A stretch of DNA of 64,000 bases from a virus: positions 1 to 64,000 of IMG/VR virus record IMGVR_UViG_3300043607_000039. One strand, written 5' to 3'. Under the pieces are notes generated by a model, which had not been told where the DNA came from, searched no databases, and worked only from the letters and a program-made list of their open reading frames with translations. Both the position numbers and the translations under genes were made by a program. Within the stretch, counting starts at the first letter, position 1. Each line of letters begins with the position of its first letter. Positions 10,901 through 19,900 of the stretch are shown in pieces.

Positions 10901-13900
10901 CAGCCGGTCCAGGAACTGCTTAGCGTCATCAGGGGAGTCGGCCGTGTAGACCCGGTCCACCTGGTCCAGGTTGGCGGGACGTCCATGGGCGGCCGACCAC
11001 TTGAATCGCACGTTGTCCCGAGCCTTGCCCCAGTTGGACTTGGGGTTCGCAACAGTAGCTGGCGGCTCGAACCGAGGTGTGCTCGAACCGCTGCCGTCCT
11101 TCGGCAGTGCGTTGCGACCAATGCCTGCGAACTCTGGCTTTGCTGGTACTTCGCCGGCCTGGTGCTGGCGGTACCTGTCCATACGCCAGGTACGGATTTC
11201 CTTGCTGAGGGCGTCGTTGTTGCCCGCCTCAGGGTCGAGCTTCCACATGCTGTAGGCGCCGTCGCGGCTCTCGTGGTACCGGCGCAGGATCTTGCGGATC
11301 TTGTCACTGGCGCGCGGCTCACCGTCGGAGATCTCCCGGAACGCCTCCGCCAACTGCTCCACGGCCGACTTGCGCTCATCACCGTCGTTGACCGACTCGG
11401 GGCGACGAGCCAACGGGATCCGGTTCAGATCCTCGATCAGCTTCCGGGCGAGCGGAGGTGTGTCCTCGGGCAGGTCCGGCACCGGCCGCTCAGGGGCATC
11501 CATCTTGGACAGAGCCTCGTCGTACAGCTCCCGGATCGCCGGGTCTTGCTCCTCCAGCCGCATCAGGCGCAGTTCGTCAACAGCCCTCTGGCTGGCCTCA
11601 GGGTCGCGTGAGTTGGGGCCGCTGTAGTCAGCCCGCATGTCCATGACCTTGTTGGCGGAGCCGTTGCGGCCCCTGTGGGCCAACCGCTGAGCCAGCTTCA
11701 TGGCCGGGGAGTCCCCGTGCATGATGCCGCCATCGCCGGTGGAGTCACGGGTGAGCTTCACGCTGTCCCGGGTGAGCTTCTCGCTTTCGTCAACCGGTCG
11801 ACCAGCTAGCCGACGGAGGTCCTCAGCGTCCTGCGCCTCAAGCCGGTCCATCTCGGCTTGGACGTCCGCCTCTTCCAGCATTCCATCGCCGTTACCGAGC
11901 AGGTACTGGCGAGCACGCTGAGTTTCCGGTGCCTGGAGGTCGGCAGCAGTCGCCTTCTTGGCTGCGGCCCGAGTGATCTTGACTGGACGCTCAGGGGCAG
12001 CAGGTGTCGCCTTCGGCCGCTCGAAGTTGAGGGTACGGAGGATGGTGTCGTTGAGGTCCTCGTCCTTGACCGCAGTCATGTTGCTCATACCCAGGCGCGA
12101 GCCGACACGACGCCTCTGCTCGGGAGTGAGGCCGTCGAGCCACCCCGGAATGCGGTATCCAGTGCCAGCTTGGCCACTCCTACTGATGCGCTCAGCAACG
12201 GCATCAGCGTCACGGTCGGCCTTGTTGCGAGGCTTAGGAACGGCCTCGCTGATCCTCTTCCGTGTCTTTTCCTGGAGACCGGCCGCCGACTTGAGCTTTA
12301 GTCCAGCCTCGTTGACGTGGGGCGTTTCCCGGTCGTAGCCAGCCTGACCCTCGGCCTCAAATGCGCGACCCCGACGGGCGATGGCTGCGTCCAGGGCTTC
12401 GCGTAGTTCACTGACGCTCTGTCCAGGCGGGGGCTCGTAGCCTCGTTGCCCCGGCTCGAACTCGCCCATGGTCGTGGTGTCACGACCCTCCATCCAGTCC
12501 TTGGCCTGCTGGAGAGTCGGGAATGAGGCCTTGCCGCCCATGTCAGCCTTGTAGGCCTTGTAGGAGTGCTTGGGGTTGTCCTCATCCGGTGGGAACTCGG
12601 TAATGTAGCCCAGATCCGAATTCCGATAGAACGTGATGTCCTTGATGAACCCCTCGCCGGGCTCAACTGACCATTCAACTTCCTTGGCGGCCGGAGCCGC
12701 CTTCTTGGCACGACCAGTTGCCTTGGTTGGCGGGGCGCTGATCCGCTGAGAGGGCTTGCGCAGGACCTTGAGCTTGTCCCGCAGTGCGGCCCACCGGCTG
12801 CCCTCGGCAACCAGTGCAGCCTCTTCACGGTCGCGCTGGGCCCAGTACTCAGGCGGCTGTGGAACGAGCCGACTGTCGCGGTCCTCGCCGAGCTGCCGCA
12901 GGATCATGGCCCGGTAGAACGGGCTCGCGGCACCGTTGACGTACTGATCAATGTCGCGAGCGATGTCGCGAGGGCTGACGCCCTCATCGAGTTGCTTCTG
13001 GTAACCCTCCAGTCGAGCCTTGTCCCGAGGCGTGAAGTCCTTCTGGCCATCGGTCATCTCGTCCAGGTCGAAGGTCCTAATAGGAGCTTCCACGGCCGGC
13101 AGCGGTGTGGCCTTCTTGGCTGGCACTTCCTTCTGCGGCAGGACGCGGGCCAACTGGCCCTCGGTACTGGTGTCCGCCTTCTTGGCCGCCGCAATGTCCC
13201 GACGAGCCTGGGCCACGGTCCGCTTGTCGCCAGGCGCCTCGGCAATGATCTTGCCGCGGTTCAAGATGACATACTGGTCCTTGGCGCCCTCCGCCGGGCA
13301 ACCAACACACTGGCTGCCGCGAGGCACGTGGATGGCGTCGTAGCCACGAGCCATGGCGTAGCGGCCGATGTCGTTACCCAGCAGCTGCATCTCTGGACTG
13401 TCTTCATCCAGCGTTGCGACGTAGGCGTTGTGCTCCTCGATCAGGTCCGGCAGCTCGGCGATCTTGGCGTCCTTCGCCAGACCGTATCGGGCCACTGCGC
13501 CCTCGGTCAGGTCGCTGTACCCGGTGGCGTGCTGCTTGTTCTTCGTCATGTAGGTGCCGTTGCCGAAGGAGCCGTTACCCATGTGGTAGCGGCCCTCACG
13601 GAACTCGTCATGCACCTCAGAGGCGGGCTTGCCTTTGAACTGCTCACCAAAGCCGCCATCGCGGCCGGCGGTGTCGATTCCCCGGTAGAGGATCGTGCCC
13701 ATGTCCTTGCGACGGGCCTCGAACTCGTCCCGGCTGACTACCTCCGGTAGAGCGTCGAATCCTTGACGCTCGGCCAGCTTCTCGCCCAGCAGGTCCCCAC
13801 CGCGGTCGGTCTCAAGCTCCTTCGTGAGGCCACTACCCCAGCCGGCGCGGCGACGGAAGTGTGGATCGGCGATGGCTGAGTCCACGATGGAGCGAGCGGT

Positions 13901-16900
13901 ACCCGCGCCCTCGGTGAGGTCCTTTGTCTCCACCTTTTTGGCCCGCAGGTCAGCCTTACGGGCGGCGTCAGCGTCGGCAAAGTGCTGAATGATCGCGGCG
14001 TGGATCGCCTTCTTGTCCGACTGGGCCAGTCCCTTGATCCCGAGGCCATTGCGCCCGGCCAGACTGCGCCAGGTCGCTACCGGAAGGTCGCGGTACTGGG
14101 CCCGGCCAGTTTGGGCCTGCTTCAGCTGCTTCTCGACGTTGTCCAGGACCCGCTGCCGAGCCGCCGGACCGTGAGCGTCGACCAGAGCCTGCCGAAGGTT
14201 GGTCGGGTTGACGATGCCGTCGACAACAACGGCAACACTGCGATTCTGGGCCTCGATCTCAGTCCGGTTCTTGATGCGGTCGGCGTCCTGCTTCGCGTGG
14301 AGCCGATCCATGCGGGCCTTCTGGGCCGGGATGGCACGAACTAGGGCCGCCTTGCCGTCGTCGGTCAGGATTGACTCGCGCTTGCCGCCACGCACCCGCG
14401 TCTTGACCAGACCGAGCTTCCGGAGCTGAGGTGGAATCGGGTCTGCATCCCGTAGTACCTCGCCACCGTCAGGGTTTTCCTGGTGGTTGCGCATGAGCCA
14501 GTGCTCGTCCTTCATGGACAAGCCTGGCGTGCTGGGAACGAAGTCCCTTTTGGCCTGAGACTGGACGGCGGGCGCTGCCTTCTTGGCCGCCGCCCGAGTC
14601 ACCTTGGTCGGAGTCGGGGCCTCAGTTTCGCCACGGTCATGCTTGGCGAGGGCCTCTTCCAGATCCTTCCGGGTCATCCGGCTGCGGCCAGCGATCCCGG
14701 CCTTCGACGCCCGGTCCCGAAGCTCGGCCAGTGGGGTCTGCTTCGCTGCTGCGGGAGCAGTCTTCTTCGCTACCCGTGCTTCGTCCCGCTCCAGGAGCGC
14801 GGTGTCGCGTGCCTTGAGTCGGTCCCGCTCCCATTTGTCGATCTCGGCCTTGCGGCCCTCGTACAGGCTCTGCCAGCCCTGGTACTTGGTGTCCTTGCCG
14901 CCGGGGCCAAAGATCCAGCCACCCACTCTGCCCTTGTAGTCGTGCTCAGCACCCCAGGCCTTGGCCCGAGCGATCGGGTCCTTGATGGGGCCACGCGGGA
15001 TCCGTGCAGCAGCTGGTGCCGCGACCTCCGGCTCCTCGACCGGAGCGAAGCCGTTGTTGATTTTCTCCTTGATCTGATCCACGTTGGACCGGTCCTGGCC
15101 ACGGACACCCAGGTCCCGCGCCAGTTCCCGGGCCTCAGACTGGGACAGCTCCAACGAGTCCAGGTAGTCCTGGCGCTCCTTGGTGGTCTTGCGCTCCAGT
15201 AGTGCCTTGCGAGCACGGGTCGGGATGACGTGACCAGCGACTGCCCGGTCCGGGTGCTTGGGCGTGAAGTGGCGCACGATTTTGGCCTGGACACCGGCCT
15301 CGTCGTCGCGGCCGGCGCTGACGATTCCCAGCTGCTTGGCCAGGACGCGCCACTGCGTCTTGTTCATGGGGCCCAGGTCGTCAAGGACCTTTTGGCGGGC
15401 CTCAGGAGTGGTAGCTGCGCTCAGGTCCTTGCGGATCTGGGCCGGGTTCTTTGGCCGAGTGACCCGACGTGCCCGTGGAGCGGGACCAGCAGGCGCCGCT
15501 TCCTCTCCCCCTTCACCCTTAGACATGCGGATGACGTCGCCACGACCCAGGGCGTCGATGGGCTTGCCCTGACGGTCCAGCAGCGTGCGGCCGACAACCT
15601 CGCCAACAGTGTGCTGTTCCCGGTCTTCGCCCATGACCACATCGCCAGGGCGGATGTCCCGGCGAGACACAACGTCCGGACCGGTCTCCAGCTCGTCGGC
15701 CAACTGGCGCGACTCAGGGGTGTCCAACCCCCGTAGCTGCTGAACAGCCGCAGCCTTGGTGATCTTCTTGGCGCTTAGGTCATTGAGTACGGTGTCGTTT
15801 TCGTTGAGCTGTGCGGCCGGGGCACGGGCAGGGGCGGCCTTCTTGGCCGAGGTGCGACCCTCCCGCTCCATGATGAAGGTCTGCTGGCTCGGCAGACCTA
15901 TCCCGCCGACCGCGTTGTTGGCATTATCGACCCGAACCTCGTTGCCGTCGTCATCATGACCAACAACAACCTTGAGCCGGTTACCAACCTGCTCGACCCG
16001 GTCAACGGTGATGGGCTTACTGCCACCCTGCCTGACTGCCGGCCGCCAGCGTCCATCCTCGGCTGGGGCGACAAGAACCCGGTCACCCTTGAGTAGCTTC
16101 CCGTTCGGGATCTTGCCATTGTCTCGGACTCGGCCCTCACGAGAAGGCGCTGCCACAGTTGGGGCCGCCGCCTTGGCTGCCCGCAGGCGTGGAGCCTCGA
16201 CACCTTCACCACCCGCCGCGGTGCGGGCCTCCAGTCGACGCAGCAGTGAAGCCTTGTAGTCCTCGTCGGTCAGTCCCATGGCGCCCGGGACCTTGATGGA
16301 GGCGCTGTCCTCCAGCTCCTTGCGGTCGGTCGGCAGTCCCAGAGCCTTGAGCCGGTCGTCCACTTCCGCGGCCGTACGCCGCGGGGCCGCGGCCTCGGTT
16401 AGCGCCTCGCCGAGATTGGCCTTTTTAGCTGGCGCCGCCTTCTTGGCTCCCTTGGTCGCCTTAGTCGCCTTGGCCGGAGCTGCCTTGGCTGGAGCCGGGC
16501 GACCGGCATCGCGGGCACGGATCTTGTCGGCCAGCTTCTGAAGCTGGTCGATCCGATTCTTCTCCCGGTCGTGAGTGCGAGCCTTGCCGCGCCAGTAGCT
16601 TTCGGGAAGGTCGACCCCATCCCGGCCCCAGTCTCCATTGAGGATGGTGTTCTGGGTCCGCATGTCCCCGACGAAACGCTCCAGCATGTCGGCAACCTGC
16701 GTCGGCGACGATCCTGTGTTCAGTCGGGCCTGGGCCACGTCGGAGTACGCGGCCAGGTCGGCCATGTTGATGCGCCCGTCGCGAGCTAACTGCCGAACGT
16801 CCACATGGTCCGGACCGCCAGGACCGAAGCGCTCGTTGGCCTCGCTGTCCTTACGTAGACCCTTGGCCTCGCGGGTCATGGTGCGCAGCTGCCGACGTTC

Positions 16901-19900
16901 GGCTCGCTTGGCCTGATCGTCTACATCATGAAGGGCGATGTAGCGCATCAGGTCGGTGAGCTTCTCGTCCTGGTCCTTACCTTCGATCTGGATACCCAGG
17001 GTGTCGGCCGCCTTGCGCAGGTTCTCCGGCGCCAGGGCATCGCGCTGGTCATCGGTGAGCTTGTCTTGGGAGACCTTCTTCGGCGGGGCCGCCTTCAGGG
17101 CCTTGGCTGCTGCCCGCTTGATGATGGGACGCTGCGGACGAGGCGCTTCGGAAGTTTCTGGAGCCCGATCCCGGTCATGGACCGTGCCCGACACCTTGAC
17201 CCGCTCGATGGCCCGGTACATCCCGGCTACATCGTTGATCATTCGCTTGCGCTGGGCGGCCTCAGCCGGAGTCAGGTCCTTCTCCCGCTGACCGGTCAGG
17301 TCGCGATAGTCGGCTTCCTTGCGACGACGGCTGATCCGGGCACGAAGGTGCTGGAGCGCGTCGGACTTGGACACCTCGCCGTCGCCAACGGCCTGCACCA
17401 GCTGGTCAGGGGTCAGCCTGGTGATACCTTCCCGGTCGAGCTGGGGGACGGTCACCTCAGGAGCGGCGGCCGCGGCCTTAGCTGGGCGCAGACGTGGGGC
17501 GTCCTCCGCCAGCTCACGTTCGAAGCCGCCGACCTCCATGCGTCGGAGGAACTCGGCCTTGTACTGATCGCTGGTCATCCGGGATTCGCCCGGGATCTTG
17601 CCCGAGGCGATGCCCTTCAGTGCGGCACGTGAGGTTGGTAGACCTAGAGCCTTGAGCCGGTTGTTGACGTCAACCGGAGACCCGGCCTCAACGGAGCCCT
17701 CACTGCGACGGGTAACGATCTGCTGCTTCAGTGCTTCCTTGTTGAATCGGCGCGGACTCTGGACACCCTCCTTTTGAGCAGCATCCAGCAGTTGGGCGTA
17801 GGTCTTTCCTTCCAGGTCCGCGTCACGGTCCGATGTGGAGGGAGCCGCTGCCTTTGCTGCCTTAGCCACCTTGGCAGGTGCTGCTGCCTTGGCCACCTTG
17901 GCAGGTACCTTGACGCCGCCCTCAGGCTCCAGGATGAAGGTCTGAGAGGCGCTCGGGTGCAGCTCGACCTGGTCACCGTCATCGTTCCTGAGGGTCAGGG
18001 CAACAGCCCGGGGCCGGCTGCTGACGCCTTGGCCAACGACCTCGAACGGGGTGACGTTGGTTTTGCGTGTGGTCGGGCGCCACTTTCCATCGGCACCCTT
18101 CTCCAGCAGGACCCGAACGCCAGGCTGTAGTCGACGGGCGGTGAGCTTGCCCTCGGCGGTGCCGGCCGCCTTCTCGACCGCGGGTGCAGCCTTCTTGGCT
18201 ACGGCAGCCGGCTTTGGAGCCGGTGTCTCAGGGAACCCCTTCTTGGCCTCGGCCTCCGCGGCCTTGCGAGCAGCGCCAGGCGTGGGGTAGGCACCACCCA
18301 CCGGCTCGCTCAGTGTGCTCTTCCGATCGGTCCGGACGACCTGGAAGCCTGTCTGTCCTGGCCGCCTGCGGATCTCGTACTTGACGTCAGGGTCGTTAGT
18401 GTCGACCGCGATCTTGCCGGCCGAAATCGGCGACAGGAACTCGGCCATCGCGTCACGCCAAGCGGCGTGGGTGGTGCGACTCGGCTCCTCGGCCACGATC
18501 TCGGCGACTCGTGCCCGGATCAGTTTCTGCGCTGGCTCCGGGAAGTCCTCGAACAGCTTGTTGTCATTGCGGGTGGAGGGCCGTTGCCCCACTGCACGTG
18601 CTGCCTTGACTGGTGCTGCCTTAGCCGCCTTGGCTGGCGCAGCCTTCTTGGCCGCAGGTGCTGACTCGTCACCCAGCCACACTGCGGTGTTGGGGAAGCC
18701 GGCAAGCCAAGAGCCATCGTCACGAGTGATCTTGATACGGTTGCCGTCGCGCTCGACCTTGGTGACCTTGCGCGGGATCCCGAGTTTGGACTTGTCGGAG
18801 CCGGAGCCTCCGCGGACGACGTCGCCGACCTCCACGTTGGTCATGCTCTTGCGCTGGGTGCCGTTCGCCAACGGCGGTAGGAGCTTGGCAGCTGGAGCAG
18901 CCGCGCTGATCTTCTTGACCGGGGCAGCCTTGGCGGGAGCAGCCTTCTTGACCGCGGGTGGCCTACGACCCATGGCGATGTAGACCTGATCGATGTCCTT
19001 CTTTTGCTCAAGCGGGCTCAGCTCAGCGAACGGCTTGTCCAGCTCTCCGCCCTTGACCCAGTCCTCTTCGCCATGCCGCGACAGCCACGCGGCGTGGACT
19101 GCCTCACCCACCTCCAGGCGGGTCTTCTCGTCGGTCAGGTCGACCGTGCCGCCGTGCTTCTCCAGAATGTCCTCAACGACCTTGGCCGCGTCCCGGTTCT
19201 CTTGCTTCCAGTCATCGGGTAGCTCTGCGTAGGGCGTGTTGTAGATGTCGACCTGATCGGTGCCGTGCGCCTCAATCCACGCCTTGTCCGTCGTGGGCTT
19301 GAGTCGCTCCGGCGGACCTTCGCGGCCTTCCTTGCCGGCGGCGCGCTCCTCCATCCACTGCTGCTCGAACGTCTTACGCCAGCCCTCTTGAAGCCGGGCC
19401 GCTTTCGTCTCGACGCGACGTGCACGGGCACGTTCAGCTGGAGTCGACCTCGAAGCGACAGCCTTGGCGGGAGCGGCCTTCTTGGCTGGAGTCTCCGGTG
19501 TGGGCTCCCTAACCGCAGGCGCTTCAGTTGCGGCTGGGGTGGCCTTAGCTGGGGTGGCCTTCTTTGTGCCGCCGGGTGGTGCAACGCGCCAGGGGATTCC
19601 AGCCTTCTCCAGCGCGGCAATCGTGGCCGGTTCAGGCTCGCGAGGGAACAGGACCTCTTCGATGTCATCGTTGCTGACGCCATCGTGGATCTGTGCCTCA
19701 ACGTAGGTCAATTGCTGGAACTGTGGGTCACCAAGGTCGTTGTACTTGGCCGCCGCCGGCTGAGCCGCACGGTAGTCGGGATTGTCGATCGGCATGGGGG
19801 TGAGTTCCTTGCGCCGATCCAGTGAGTCACCAGCGGAAACCGTCGTACGTGGACGGACGCTGTCCTTGAGGACAACCCGGATGTCGCCGTACTGGTCCAG

